Below the pieces are notes generated by a model. The model searched no databases. It was not told where the DNA came from and was given only the letters and a program-made list of their open reading frames with translations. Shown piece by piece: positions 37,397 through 48,139 of a stretch of 64,000 nt of DNA (its first letter is position 1; the number at the start of each line of letters is the position of its first letter). The translations under genes and the position numbers were made by a program. Source of the DNA: an uncultured Verrucomicrobiota bacterium (GTDB taxonomy: Bacteria > Verrucomicrobiota > Verrucomicrobiia > Limisphaerales > UBA8199); contig CAYUPI010000002.1 of assembly GCA_964446585.1 (NCBI GenBank), forward strand, positions 40,950 through 104,949, in the 5' to 3' direction.

Positions 37397-38845
37397 ATGA
37401 AACTAGTTCTCAGCGTCGCCTGCCTGACGGTGCTCTTTACCACTTGGCTTTGCGGGGCCGAAAAAAAACCGAACGTGCTATTCATCGCCGTGGACGACAT
37501 GAACAACGATCTCGGCTGCTACGGCCATGCACTCGTCAAATCGCCGAGCATCGATCGTCTGGCGACGCGTGGCGTGCGGTTTGATCGCGCCTACTGCCAG
37601 TTTCCTCTCTGCAGCCCCAGCCGGTCCTCGCTCCTTACCGGCCTGCGTCCCGACACGACGCGGGTTTTTGATCTGAGTTACCATTTCCGTCAGGGATTGC
37701 CCGATGTGATCACCCTACCGCAAATGTTCATGAACAATGGCTACTACGTGGCCCGCGTGGGGAAGATCTACCATTATGGCAATCCCGGCGACATCGGCAC
37801 CTGCGGCCTGGATGATCGAGTGTCCTGGCGCGAGCGGTTCAACCCGGCAGGCCGTGACAAGACGGCCCTGGAGCCGGATATCATGAACTACACCCCAAAG
37901 CGGGGACTCGGTTCTGCGATGGCTTTCCTGGCCGACAAGACTGGCAAGGAAGAAGAACATACGGACGGCAAGGTGGCCACCCAGACCATTGAGCTCCTCG
38001 AAAAGCACAGGAACGAGCCTTTCTTCATTGCGGCAGGTTTTTACAAGCCACATTGTCCATGGATCACGCCCAAGAAATACTTCGATCTTTACCCAGTCTC
38101 AGCGATCACATTGCCAAAACTAACGCCGGACACACGTCGCGAGTACCCGCCGCTGGCATTGGCTTCGACCCAACCCTGGCCCTACTTCGGCGTGACGCCA
38201 GACCAGGCGCGACAATGCAAGGCGGCGTATTATGCCGCGATCTCATTTGTCGATGCGCAGATCGGGCGAGTGCTCGACGCGGTCGATCGACTGGGCCTGC
38301 GCGAGAGCACCATCATTGTGTTCTGGAGCGACCACGGATATCACCTGGGCGAGCACGGGTTGTGGTTCAAGCAAAGTTGCTTCGAGGAGTCCGCCCGCGT
38401 CCCGCTTATCATCTCCGTCCCGGAACTCGGCTCGGCCGGCCGATCCAGCCCGCGCGTGGTAGAGCTGCTCGACATCTATCCGACACTGGCCGATCTCGCC
38501 GGACTGACACCGCCGAAGGGTCTGCAAGGCGCAAGCCTGGGACCGTTGTTGCGCCGTCTCGATGCGGAATGGAACCGGCCGGCCTTCACACAGGTCCAGC
38601 GGGACAAGAGCCCAGGTCACAGCGTTCGCACCGAGCGCGCTCGCTATACTCAGTGGGGTCTTGGCGAAAAAAGCGAGGAGCTGTATGACCACGACACCGA
38701 CCCGCACGAGCTGCACAATGTGGCCGCCGACCCACGCTACACGTCAATATTGGCGGAGATGAAATCATTACTGAAGCAGGTACACCCGGCGCCGGTCACC
38801 GGGGGCAAGGCTGAGCCAGGCACGCGGAAGAAATATTCGGAGTGA
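37397..38845 (+). CDS. Sulfatase (formylglycine-dependent)
   Basis: C-X-P-S-R motif CSPSRSSLLTG and the metal-binding VDDMNND. Signal peptide. Confidence 0.85.
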   Translation: MKLVLSVACLTVLFTTWLCGAEKKPNVLFIAVDDMNNDLGCYGHALVKSPSIDRLATRGVRFDRAYCQFPLCSPSRSSLLTGLRPDTTRVFDLSYHFRQGLPDVITLPQMFMNNGYYVARVGKIYHYGNPGDIGTCGLDDRVSWRERFNPAGRDKTALEPDIMNYTPKRGLGSAMAFLADKTGKEEEHTDGKVATQTIELLEKHRNEPFFIAAGFYKPHCPWITPKKYFDLYPVSAITLPKLTPDTRREYPPLALASTQPWPYFGVTPDQARQCKAAYYAAISFVDAQIGRVLDAVDRLGLRESTIIVFWSDHGYHLGEHGLWFKQSCFEESARVPLIISVPELGSAGRSSPRVVELLDIYPTLADLAGLTPPKGLQGASLGPLLRRLDAEWNRPAFTQVQRDKSPGHSVRTERARYTQWGLGEKSEELYDHDTDPHELHNVAADPRYTSILAEMKSLLKQVHPAPVTGGKAEPGTRKKYSE

Positions 38846-38854
38846 CCTGGCCTT

Positions 38855-40132
38855 TCAGTCCTGAAGAGTCTTCCCGCTAGTGTCCGGCGCCCACCAGATT
38901 GCGAACATGCCGAGCAAATAAACCAGGCCGCATGTGGCGCCGACCTTCGGATAGGAACCGCCCATGACTCCGAATAAAGCACCTGCCATAAGCACGCCCA
39001 ACGCCGTTCCGAACCGTCCGACGTTATACGCGATGCCACTACCTGCTGCGCGCACGCGGGTCGGGAACAGTTCCGGCAGATAAAGCGGAAGCCAGCCGAA
39101 GTAGAGTGTGGCCACGAATCCCTGTGCGAAAACGATCGGCAGGAACCCGGCCCGCAACGGGGCGGTGCCAAGGAACATTACCATCGTCAGTCCAGTCGCA
39201 CCGAAACTAATGAGTGCGTAGGACCGGCGCCGCCCCAGCCAGGCGGCGATTTGCGCGCCGGAGAAACTGCCAAGCACAGCGCCCACGGCCCACCAACCTT
39301 GGACGATCGCCTTGTAGGCCGCCTGGTTCGCCCCGCCGACCTTGTCGGCCCAGGGTACCATCCATTTACTCGCCGCCCACGCGCCGACCATCGGAATCGA
39401 GCCGAGCAGAATGCCGACAAGCGTCAGGCGGAGCAGAGGTGGGCGCAGGAGTTCGTTAACGGGCGAAGATGCCCGGCGAGCCGAAGAAGAGTCGCCCCGT
39501 TCCGCTCGCCTTCCGGCGCTCGCCGCCAACCAGAGCGGTGATTCGGGCAATGTGAGCAACACAAGCAGGCCCAGTATCGCCGGAGCCGCCGCCAGCTTGA
39601 AAATCCAGCGCCAGGAGCCGGGCGTGAGTGGCCAAAGCCTGGCGAACTGCGAGAGAATCAGGATGCCTCCGTTGAGCGCCACGCCCATCAGGCCTGCTAC
39701 CACGGGCCGCGAACGGTCCGGCCAGCATTCGGCTGCGAGCGCAATGGCATTCGGCCAGACACCTCCCACGCCCAGTCCGACAGCAAACCGCAAAATTAAC
39801 ATCTGTTCCTGTGTGCGCGCGAAGGCCCCAAGGCCAGCAAATATTGAATAGAACAAAATGCTGACGCCCAGCGCCCGCGTGCGGCCAAACACATCCCCGA
39901 GGCCACCAAGAACGATGCCTCCGACCGCTGCGCCGAGCATGAGCGCCGCGGTGAACCATGCGAACCAGTCGCCGCCCAGCGTCGGCGTGAAAGCCGTGCC
40001 CAAAAGGTCCTGGGAAACGGACAGCGACGCCACGGGCATAAGCCCCAGCTCCACCCCATCGAAGACCAGCCCGCCGATCGCGGCGAGCAGCACGGCAAGG
40101 CGGGCGCGCGAGGAAAGGGTTGAGGCGGTCAT
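38855..40132 (-). CDS. MFS transporter
   Basis: 12 TM segments and the GRR-type motif GDVFGRTRAL. Confidence 0.85.
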   Translation of the reverse strand: MTASTLSSRARLAVLLAAIGGLVFDGVELGLMPVASLSVSQDLLGTAFTPTLGGDWFAWFTAALMLGAAVGGIVLGGLGDVFGRTRALGVSILFYSIFAGLGAFARTQEQMLILRFAVGLGVGGVWPNAIALAAECWPDRSRPVVAGLMGVALNGGILILSQFARLWPLTPGSWRWIFKLAAAPAILGLLVLLTLPESPLWLAASAGRRAERGDSSSARRASSPVNELLRPPLLRLTLVGILLGSIPMVGAWAASKWMVPWADKVGGANQAAYKAIVQGWWAVGAVLGSFSGAQIAAWLGRRRSYALISFGATGLTMVMFLGTAPLRAGFLPIVFAQGFVATLYFGWLPLYLPELFPTRVRAAGSGIAYNVGRFGTALGVLMAGALFGVMGGSYPKVGATCGLVYLLGMFAIWWAPDTSGKTLQD

Positions 40133-41013
40133 TCTCGCGGCGCGGGCCGGGGCTTGCGGAAGACCTCGATGATGGCGCTGTTGTCGTGATCGCCAAGCCC
40201 TGTGGCCTCGGCTCGTTCCAGGAGTTGCCGGTGAGTCTCCGTTAGTGGCAGTGGCAACCCTGCCCCCGCCGCTGCTTTCAACATCAGCCGCACATCCTTC
40301 AGATGTTGCGACAGCCGCGCCTGGACGCTGAAATCGCGCTCGACCATCTTGCGCCCCTTCGTGTCCATCGTTCGCGAGTATGCCATGCTCCCGGACAGGA
40401 CTTCGAGCGCGGCTTCGGCCGACACGCCCAGGGACTCGGCAAGCGCTAATCCTTCCGCCAGCGCCGCCCGGTTAAGACCCAGCACCAGGTTGCTGATCAA
40501 CTTCATTTTTGAGGCAGTCCCACACGGTCCGACATAAAACACCTTCCTTCCCAGCGCACGCCAAAGATCGGCACAGGCCTCATACGCCTGGCGCTCGCCG
40601 CTCACCATCACCGTCGCCTCACCCCGCCGTGTCTGTTCGCTCGAGCCTGAAATCGGCGCGTCGAGATAGCGCGCGCCTCCGGCTGTCAGGCGCGCACCCA
40701 ACGCTTCGACTTGCGAAGGCGCTCCCGTCGTGGTGTCCACGATGATCTGTCCCGGTCGCAAGCCTGTCCTCATCTTTTCGAGGACTTCCGCTACGACCTC
40801 GGTGCTGTAGAGACTGATAATCACGCGCCCGCACGCTGCGATTGGGTTGTCGCTCCACTCGGCTCCGCGCGCCAGCAACGGTTCGGCCGCTCCGCGCGTG
40901 CGGTTCCAAACCGCCACTCGATAATCGTGTTCCAACAGCCTTTCAGTAAGTGCCGTTCCCATCAGCCCGAGGCCAATTAGCCCGACCGCTTCTTTGCTCG
41001 GTTGTTTTTTCAT
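40129..41013 (-). CDS. NAD(P)-dependent 3-hydroxyisobutyrate/2-hydroxy-3-oxopropionate dehydrogenase family oxidoreductase
   Basis: Rossmann motif GLIGLGLMG. The start is judged to be MKKQPSKEA. Confidence 0.8.
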   Translation of the reverse strand: MKKQPSKEAVGLIGLGLMGTALTERLLEHDYRVAVWNRTRGAAEPLLARGAEWSDNPIAACGRVIISLYSTEVVAEVLEKMRTGLRPGQIIVDTTTGAPSQVEALGARLTAGGARYLDAPISGSSEQTRRGEATVMVSGERQAYEACADLWRALGRKVFYVGPCGTASKMKLISNLVLGLNRAALAEGLALAESLGVSAEAALEVLSGSMAYSRTMDTKGRKMVERDFSVQARLSQHLKDVRLMLKAAAGAGLPLPLTETHRQLLERAEATGLGDHDNSAIIEVFRKPRPAPRE

Positions 41014-41174
41014 TTCATGAGATGATTTATGGAAAGGGTATCGCCCATGGGTTCGGTCGAAACTTTTCGTGCCCGGATACAGCGCGCAACCTCTTAAACC
41101 GAGTCGTCTGGTTGCGCAAGATGTGTTGCGTGTCCAACCTTGTCCAGCCTTAGAGATTTCTTCACAATTCCCCA

Positions 41175-41936
41175 ATGGAACTGCCCGCCGAAGGAAGGAA
41201 TCTGCGACTGCGCGTGGCAAGAGATTATCGCACGATGAGCCGCTGGGCCGCAGGTTTCATCGAAGCTGAGGTGAAAGAGCAGCCGGATCTGTTGTTATGC
41301 GCGTCCGCCGGAGGAACTCCCACGGAGACTTATCAGTGCATGGCAGAACGCCAGGCTACTCACCCAGCACTCTTCGGGAAACTCCGGGTGGTGCAGATCG
41401 ATGAGTGGGGCGGTCTGGCGCGAGGACATCCCGCCAGTTGCGCGACCGATCTTCAAAACAGGCTGCTCAACCCTCTAGGCATCAGCCCGCGGCGCTTCGC
41501 AGGGCTCAGGAGCGATGCGCCCGACCCGGCGGGCGAGTGCGGGCGCATCCGGCACTGGCTGGACGCCAACGGCCCCATTGACATTTGCTTGCTCGGGCTT
41601 GGCTTGAACGGCCACATTGCCATGAACGAGCCCGCCGATGAGATTGTGCACCACGCGCATGTTTCCAAACTATCGCACAGCTCGCTCCGCCACGGGATGC
41701 TGGAGGCTTTGACTGCCAAGCCGCGTTACGGTTTGACGTTGGGCCTGGGAGACATTCTGCGCTCGCGGAAAATCCTGCTGCTCGTTAGCGGACGACAAAA
41801 ACGTGCCGTTCTCAGGCGGTTGCTTCAGGCGCGGGTCTCAACGCGTTTTCCCGCCTCTTTCCTTTGGCTGCATTCGGATGTAACAATAATTTGCGACCGC
41901 GATGCGGTCGCGACAACTCAAGGTTTTTCTTTATGA
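41175..41936 (+). CDS. Glucosamine-6-phosphate deaminase/6-phosphogluconolactonase family protein
   Basis: GLGLNGHIAMNEP motif. Confidence 0.7.
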   Translation: MELPAEGRNLRLRVARDYRTMSRWAAGFIEAEVKEQPDLLLCASAGGTPTETYQCMAERQATHPALFGKLRVVQIDEWGGLARGHPASCATDLQNRLLNPLGISPRRFAGLRSDAPDPAGECGRIRHWLDANGPIDICLLGLGLNGHIAMNEPADEIVHHAHVSKLSHSSLRHGMLEALTAKPRYGLTLGLGDILRSRKILLLVSGRQKRAVLRRLLQARVSTRFPASFLWLHSDVTIICDRDAVATTQGFSL

Positions 41937-43300
41937 GAATTCAAAAACAGAACCTTCACACAGCCGGCATAACCCGGAGGACGTTCCTCGGCAGCGCCGC
42001 CGCAGTCTCCGCGTTTACGTTAGTGCCGGCGCGCGTGCTCGGCCGAGGCGCGGCATCGCCCAATAGCAAACTGAACATCGCCGGCGTCGGCATCGGTGGC
42101 CAGGGCGCCTGGGACCTCGAACGCGTCGCCAGCGAGAACATAATCGCCTTGTGCGACGTGGACTGGGATTACGCTGCAAAAACTTTCAAGAAGTACCCTG
42201 GTGCCAAGCGCTACAAGGATTTTCGGGAGATGCTCGACAAGGAGAAAAGTCTCGACGCGGTCGTGGTCGGCACACCGGATCACAACCATGCCATCGTCTC
42301 GGTTACGGCCATGAAGCATGGAAAACATGTGTACTGTGAGAAACCGCTGACTCGAACGGTGCATGAAGCCCGGGTCGCTGCTCAGTTGGCCCGCGAGGCA
42401 AAAGTTGCCACCCAGATGGGCAACCAGGGAATGCAATTCGAAGGCAATCGCCAGATCAACGAATGGCTCGCGGACGGCGCCATTGGCGCCGTGCGCGAAG
42501 CGCATGTCTGGTCTGATCGACCAACGCATAAGGGAAAAATGCCCTTGTGGTGGGCGCAAGGTATTGAACGACCTAAAGAGACACCGCCGGTTCCTCCGTC
42601 TTTAGATTGGGACTTGTGGCTAGGCCCCGCCCCTTGGCGGCCTTATCACCCCGCCTATGCGCCATTTCGCTGGCGCGGCTGGTGGGACTTCGGTTCCGGC
42701 GGCCTGGGCGACATGGGGATTCACAACCTTGCGCCGGTCTTCTCCGCCCTTCAGCTCGGGGCGCCCGAGAGCGTCAGCGCCAGCTCTACGGCTGTCTTCT
42801 CAGAAACGGTGCCGCTCGCCGCCGTGGTCCATTACCAGTTCCCCGCGCGCGGAAATTTGCCGCCCGTTGAGTTGCACTGGTATGACGGCGGGCTGCTGCC
42901 GGAACGGCCGGCTGAACTGGAAGAGAACCGAGAGCTCGACCACGAAGATGGAATTATTTTCGTGGGTGACAAAGGCAAGATGCTCGTTACCGGCTGGGGT
43001 GGGGAGCATCCCCGCTTAGTACCCGAAAGCCGCGACAAAGAGTACAAGCGCCCGCCGCCGACCTTACCGCGCTCAATCGGCCATCATAAGGAATGGCTTC
43101 AGGCCTGCAAAGGCGGTCTCGCGCCTCGCTCAAATTTTGATTTCGCAGGACCGTTGACCGAAGCGGTCCTTCTGGGCAGCGTCTGCATCCGCAATGGTGG
43201 GGAAAAGCTCCTCTGGGACAGTGAACACTTGAAGTTCACCAACGACCCGGATGCCAACAAACTTCTCCATTACGAATACCGCAAGGGCTGGAGCTTGTGA
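41933..43300 (+). CDS. Gfo/Idh/MocA family oxidoreductase with TAT signal
   Basis: RRTFLGSAAAVSA twin-arginine signal. NAD-binding GVGIGGQG. The ATGA overlaps the upstream gene. Confidence 0.85.
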   Translation: MRIQKQNLHTAGITRRTFLGSAAAVSAFTLVPARVLGRGAASPNSKLNIAGVGIGGQGAWDLERVASENIIALCDVDWDYAAKTFKKYPGAKRYKDFREMLDKEKSLDAVVVGTPDHNHAIVSVTAMKHGKHVYCEKPLTRTVHEARVAAQLAREAKVATQMGNQGMQFEGNRQINEWLADGAIGAVREAHVWSDRPTHKGKMPLWWAQGIERPKETPPVPPSLDWDLWLGPAPWRPYHPAYAPFRWRGWWDFGSGGLGDMGIHNLAPVFSALQLGAPESVSASSTAVFSETVPLAAVVHYQFPARGNLPPVELHWYDGGLLPERPAELEENRELDHEDGIIFVGDKGKMLVTGWGGEHPRLVPESRDKEYKRPPPTLPRSIGHHKEWLQACKGGLAPRSNFDFAGPLTEAVLLGSVCIRNGGEKLLWDSEHLKFTNDPDANKLLHYEYRKGWSL

Positions 43301-43305
43301 GCTCC

Positions 43306-43346
43306 GATGCAAAAAGAGCGAGGCCCGGCAGGGCCGGGCCTCGCTG
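43306..43346 (-). terminator. Rho-independent terminator of the RRM-protein gene
   Basis: GC-rich hairpin GCGAGGCCCGG-cagg-GCCGGGCCTCGC followed by TCTTTTT on the minus strand. Confidence 0.6.
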
Positions 43347-43362
43347 CCAGCTAAAAGCAAGC

Positions 43363-43671
43363 TTAGTAACGACGCCGGTCACCGCCGTTGAACTGACGGC
43401 GGCCGCCGCCCCCTGAACGTTCCTCACGCGGCCGGGCCACATTGACCGTTAGAGCGCGGCCGTCCAGCTCCTTACCATTCAAGGCGTCGATGGCCTTCTG
43501 CGCCTCCTCGGCCGAGCTCATGGTGACAAACGCGAAGCCGCGTGGGCGACTGGTTGCGCGATCGACCATAAGGTTGGCCTCGGTGACCGTGCCGTGCGCG
43601 GCGAACGCATCTTGCAGGTCGTTTTCAGTGATGTTGAAGGAAAGATTTCCCACAAACAATTTATTATTCAT
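43363..43671 (-). CDS. RRM-type RNA-binding protein with Gly/Arg-rich tail
   Basis: RNP2 LFVGNL, RNP1 RGFAFVTM and a C-terminal RGG tail. Confidence 0.9.
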   Translation of the reverse strand: MNNKLFVGNLSFNITENDLQDAFAAHGTVTEANLMVDRATSRPRGFAFVTMSSAEEAQKAIDALNGKELDGRALTVNVARPREERSGGGGRRQFNGGDRRRY

Positions 43672-43906
43672 TTTTGTATGTTACTATCCGACTAACCAGC
43701 ACTTTCCACAGACTGTTCCCGAACGCCGGGCTTAAAATCATCACCGAACTAAGTTCACCTGAGGATCTACCATGCCTTGGAAGAGACAAGCTATCCAATA
43801 GATGTCCGTAGTTTCACCCATTTCTGCCAAACTGCAAGCATTTTTATGGGATTTTTCGAAATCGACCCTTGCTTTCTCTTTCGTCCGGCTCGACACTCCA
43901 TTGTAC

Positions 43907-43946
43907 CTGTTCCATTAGTGCTTATTATTGTTAATTAGTGGTTGAA
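43907..43946 (+). promoter_or_regulatory. Conserved roughly 40-nt motif, second copy, upstream of the PDZ protein gene
   Basis: CTGTTCCATTAGTGCTTATTATTGTTAATTAGTGGTTGA. Confidence 0.3.
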
Positions 43947-43980
43947 CCGCATCGTTACGGCTTGGAACCGGCGCGACAAA

Positions 43981-45051
43981 ATGAAAGCCAAAGTTGTTCT
44001 GCTGGTCATTCTCGCGGGAGTGGCTCTGGCGCTCGCCATCGCCTTTTTTGTGCGTCCCGTCCAACCGCACAGCCTCGAACCCCAACAAATCGAGACCGCA
44101 AGTCCCTCTCAGCGACAGGAGCAGCCGCCAACGCCCACAGTTTCGGCGCCAGCGCTAATGCCGCTTCGCGCTCCTGTCTCCAAAATCGCCTCGGCGAGCG
44201 CGCCGCCCGATCCGACCGTTGCCAGCGCCAGTAAACTCGAGCGACTGGACCAGACACGAGCATCCGTCCTTAATCTCGCCTCGGGCGATCCGGCAATCGC
44301 CCTGCGCGCTGCCAAACAGATCACCGACGAAAACGAACGCGAGACCGCCCTACTAACCTTGGTCACTGAATGGACCCAGGGCGTTCTGGGACCGCCCGGT
44401 CAACGCGCTCAGGCCATTGCCAACTACGGGCTAGAGGCGGGACTCGGCCTGGAACTCGTCAGCCATCCGGAGCTGGCCGTGCTTTGGGCCAATGAGATGG
44501 TCGAGCCGGCAGGGCGCGCTGCCATGTTGCAACAAGTAGCCATCACCTTGCTGAATTCCGATCCCGCCGCTGCCTTCGCGTTGAGCAGCCAGGTCCCGGA
44601 AGCCGACCGTCGCAAGTTTTCCGATGCCGTCTTTGCAGGCTGGGGTACGAGGGACACCGACGCGGCCTTGCAGTGGGCGGACCAACTCCCCGACGCCGCT
44701 GAGCGCGACGCGGCTCTTTCCGCCATTCGCAGTGTCGCGCCGGTCGGCATCGGCGCGGCCCTCTCCGTCCAGGACGGCTACGCGGTCATTAACCAGATCC
44801 TGCCCGGCACACCGGCCGAGCTAAGCGGCCAGCTTCGCGCCGGCGACCGCATCGTCGCCCTGGCGCAAGGCAATAATTCGTTCGTGGACGCGCACAGCTT
44901 GTCCTTGCAGGACATCGTGCAGTTGGTGCGCGGCGCCCCGGGAACGCTTCTCCAACTGCAAGTACTCTCGGCGGACGCCCCACCCGACGCCTCGCCGCGG
45001 ACCGTCCCGATCATTCGCGACCAGGTCAAGTTCAAGCGCTCATCTCCGTGA
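43981..45051 (+). CDS. Membrane-anchored PDZ-domain protein
   Basis: N-terminal TM. C-terminal PDZ-like GYAVINQILPGTPAELSGQLRAGDRIVAL. Confidence 0.6.
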   Translation: MKAKVVLLVILAGVALALAIAFFVRPVQPHSLEPQQIETASPSQRQEQPPTPTVSAPALMPLRAPVSKIASASAPPDPTVASASKLERLDQTRASVLNLASGDPAIALRAAKQITDENERETALLTLVTEWTQGVLGPPGQRAQAIANYGLEAGLGLELVSHPELAVLWANEMVEPAGRAAMLQQVAITLLNSDPAAAFALSSQVPEADRRKFSDAVFAGWGTRDTDAALQWADQLPDAAERDAALSAIRSVAPVGIGAALSVQDGYAVINQILPGTPAELSGQLRAGDRIVALAQGNNSFVDAHSLSLQDIVQLVRGAPGTLLQLQVLSADAPPDASPRTVPIIRDQVKFKRSSP

Positions 45052-45200
45052 GGTAACAATCCAATCGCCCCTTGCGCTTTGCCGATTTGCGGCTAAAATA
45101 CTTTGGGCCGGCATGGGTGCGGAATGCGGTGTAAGTGACCGGTAAATTCTGCGAATCTATGCCGGCCCGCGTCATTCAGGGCTGGCGCCCGCTTCGATAA

Positions 45201-45881
45201 TCACCGCTTGGGAGCTACCTTTGGCAAGGCGGGATGGCCATTGCGGATCCACGGCAAGCTTTTCCCATTAACGGGAACCTCCGAATCCGTGACCACGGCT
45301 TCGCGCGGAACATTCAGTCTGTGGACGACCCCATTGGGCCGAGCACTCGTGACTTGAGCTGTGGATGGCCTATCCAGCCGGCTCAACAGTGAAGCAATCC
45401 TGCGACGATGGCGGATTACCATGGTATGGGAAATCTTCAACTTGCGGCCAATTTCCCGGAGTCGCAATCCCTCGGCAAAGCATTCCAGCACCGCTCGTTC
45501 CTGGTTGTTCAAGTGCGGCGAAAGCAACGAAAGAATATCCCGTGCGCTGACCAAATCGAGAACCGATTCACCGGAATCGGTATCGTCCACGAAAGAATCT
45601 GTGGTGTTGCCGTTGTCGGCGAGCCACATCTGGCCGTCTCTGCGCTTGGCGGAGTCCACGCTCCGTCCCGCGGCCAGGTAATGCAGCAAATGGAACTTGC
45701 AACTTTGCAAGTACCAGCTCCTCGTTTGTCCCGCTCGCGCGATTTCTGTAACCCAGAGGTGGACCAATGCTTCCTGCAATAGATCTTCCCGCAATGCCCG
45801 GTTGCCGGTCATGCGTCGGATCATGCGGGTCAGGGCGCTCCTCGTGGAGAGTTCATTGACGAACATCTTCGTTTCGACCAA
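45201..45881 (-). CDS. Sigma-70 family (ECF-type) RNA polymerase sigma factor with C-terminal extension
   Basis: Region 2 DLLQEALVHLW. Region 4 HTH LREIGRKLKISHTMVIRHRRRI. It is followed by about 50 aa after the HTH. Confidence 0.7.
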   Translation of the reverse strand: MVETKMFVNELSTRSALTRMIRRMTGNRALREDLLQEALVHLWVTEIARAGQTRSWYLQSCKFHLLHYLAAGRSVDSAKRRDGQMWLADNGNTTDSFVDDTDSGESVLDLVSARDILSLLSPHLNNQERAVLECFAEGLRLREIGRKLKISHTMVIRHRRRIASLLSRLDRPSTAQVTSARPNGVVHRLNVPREAVVTDSEVPVNGKSLPWIRNGHPALPKVAPKR

Positions 45882-46124
45882 TTGGCAATGGAACTCACCG
45901 GGATTCGATATCAGTAAGCCATGCGCGCGTCAATGTCCAGCAAAATCGCGTGACATAACCAACCTGCCAGCAACAGTCGGGGAGCGCGGCTGTGGCCAAG
46001 CCCAGCCGAAGCACAGACAAATGTATCACGCCTTCGATTAGTGAGAGATTCATGAATTGGCCCGTGCAGCGGCTGGGCTTCGCCCCAGCCGCGCGCCGCT
46101 TTCACCCACTGGCAAAGGAACTGG

Positions 46125-47210
46125 TCAGCACTTGGACTTCCACAAATCGTGCGGTTTCTTGGCCGCTGTCTGAAACGGCAGCGCTACCTTGCGACCGGTG
46201 CGAGCCGACTCGTACGCCGCAAAAATCACTTCCAGAACAGCACGGCCATCCTCCCCGGTCACAAGTGGCGGTTTATCGTTCTGAACGGAATCGACGAAAT
46301 GCGCCATTTCCTGCGGAAAACCGTAGTTCCACTCCTCTTCGAAAATTGTAAAGGTCCAGCCTTTCGTCGAGCCGGCCTTTTCGACGGCGTAATCGTAACC
46401 TTCGGCGCTGTAGGTTTCGATTGCGTTGCCGTGGAGCAGGTCGGCATAGGCGACACCCTTCGAGCCGTGGACTTCGGCCCGGTCATCCATGCCGCCTAAC
46501 TTCGTCCAGCTTTCTTCGGCCATACCGATCACTCCGTTGACGAATTCGACCAGGATGATCGAATTGTCATCGCCCTCGGTCTTGTCCTGATGAACGTACG
46601 TTCCCATTTGAGCATAAACCGATTTGACAGGTGGACAGCCGAGGAGCCAGCGGAAAAATTCAATCGCGTGGCAGCCCATGTCCATCGTCACGCCGCCGCC
46701 GGAGCGGTTCACATCCCAGAAGTGCGGGGCGTGCGGTCCATTGTGCTTCTCCGATTGTTTCAGCAGCGTTGGCGCGCCGAGCGCGCCTGAATCGACAAGC
46801 TGCTTCAGACGCACGTATTTGGGCGCGAAACAAAGCTCCTCAGCATACATCAGCTTTACCTTCGCTTTCGCGCAGGACTCAATCATCTGGTCGGCCTCCG
46901 CCAGGTTCAGGCAGAATGGTTTCTCGACGACGATGTGTTTGCCCGCAGCAGCCGCATCCAGCGTAATCGGGCAATGCGCGTTATTGGGCGCGCCGACGAC
47001 GACCATGTCCACCTCGGGCAGCGCCAGCAGCTTTTTGTAGTCAGTGAAATGGTGTGGAATTCCGTGTTTCGAAGCGAAGGAACTGGCATTGCCTGCCGTC
47101 GGAGAGGCGACCGCGAAAATTTCGGCTTGGGCGCAGCGCCGCAACGAAAGCGTGTGAATGTGCGAGATGAATTGGGAACCGATGATGCCGACTCTTACTT
47201 TGTGGCTCAT
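46125..47210 (-). CDS. Gfo/Idh/MocA family oxidoreductase
   Basis: VRVGIIGSQFISHIH and EKPFCLN motifs. The start overlaps the upstream ROK gene (ATGA). Confidence 0.85.
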   Translation of the reverse strand: MSHKVRVGIIGSQFISHIHTLSLRRCAQAEIFAVASPTAGNASSFASKHGIPHHFTDYKKLLALPEVDMVVVGAPNNAHCPITLDAAAAGKHIVVEKPFCLNLAEADQMIESCAKAKVKLMYAEELCFAPKYVRLKQLVDSGALGAPTLLKQSEKHNGPHAPHFWDVNRSGGGVTMDMGCHAIEFFRWLLGCPPVKSVYAQMGTYVHQDKTEGDDNSIILVEFVNGVIGMAEESWTKLGGMDDRAEVHGSKGVAYADLLHGNAIETYSAEGYDYAVEKAGSTKGWTFTIFEEEWNYGFPQEMAHFVDSVQNDKPPLVTGEDGRAVLEVIFAAYESARTGRKVALPFQTAAKKPHDLWKSKC

Positions 47211-48139
47211 AGCTTTGATGGAGAGTTTTCGGGTCGGAACGCGAGACAGGCAGCGCCAATAACCCCGGCGCCGTTGCCCAGTTGCGCTTTGAGGATCTCG
47301 ACTGATTGATTCGAGAACTGTGTTGCGCATGAGAGTTGCCGGCGCATTTCAGGGGCGAAGCAGTCAAAATGAGCTTCACCCAGGCCGCCGCCGAGAAGGA
47401 TTCGTTGAGGCAAAAAGGTGTGAAAGAGCGTCCACGCAGCCGTGGTAGTGGCGTTGACCGCTCGCTGGACAATCGCCGCCGCGCGCGGATCCGCCGCCGC
47501 AGCGTCGAACACGGCGCGGCTGTCCCGAATGCCGAACTCTTTTCCTGCCGCGGCAATGGCAGTGCCGGACGCGACCGATTCCCAACAGCCTTGCATGCCG
47601 CAGTAACAAGCCGGACCGCCCGGCAGGACAGGAATGTGCCCAAGCTCAGGATGTTCCCCGTTGACCCCGCGATGAATCTTGCCGCCAACCAGGAACGCGC
47701 CGCCGACTCCCGTCCCCAACGTCACCACCACCAGCGGACTGCAGTGCCTCCCGGCGCCGAAATGATATTCGCCGACGGCTGCGGCATCGGCATCGTTCTC
47801 CAGGCGAACCGTGACCCCAAACGTCTGCCGCAGCGGCGTGACGATGTCCGCGTCCTCCCAGCCGGGCAAAGTAAACGGATTGTGGATCGTACCGCGCAAA
47901 GGGTTCACCGGGCCGGTGCACCCAATGCCGATGCCGGACAGAGTCTCCTGGGCCCAGTTTGCCTTGCGCAAAACGCGCTGAATCGACTCGACCAGCTCGG
48001 CGAGTCCGGCGGCAAAACCCCGTTCCGACTTCGTCTCAAAAACGCAGCGGGCGAGGACGCGCCCGGTGCCGTCCACTGCGGCCACCACTGTTTTCGTCCC
48101 GCCGATGTCAACACCGATGGCTTTGCTTGTCCCGGTCAA
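47207..48139 (-). CDS. ROK family sugar kinase (glucokinase/N-acetylglucosamine kinase-like)
   Basis: IGVDIGGTKT N-terminus and the ROK Cys motif CYCGMQGCWE. Confidence 0.85.
   Translation of the reverse strand: MTGTSKAIGVDIGGTKTVVAAVDGTGRVLARCVFETKSERGFAAGLAELVESIQRVLRKANWAQETLSGIGIGCTGPVNPLRGTIHNPFTLPGWEDADIVTPLRQTFGVTVRLENDADAAAVGEYHFGAGRHCSPLVVVTLGTGVGGAFLVGGKIHRGVNGEHPELGHIPVLPGGPACYCGMQGCWESVASGTAIAAAGKEFGIRDSRAVFDAAAADPRAAAIVQRAVNATTTAAWTLFHTFLPQRILLGGGLGEAHFDCFAPEMRRQLSCATQFSNQSVEILKAQLGNGAGVIGAACLAFRPENSPSKL

Noticed and set aside
39456-40196. 246-aa minus-strand ORF overlapping the MFS transporter
   Set aside because: It is in an alternative frame of a hydrophobic MFS gene and is an Arg/Ala/Gly-rich artefact.
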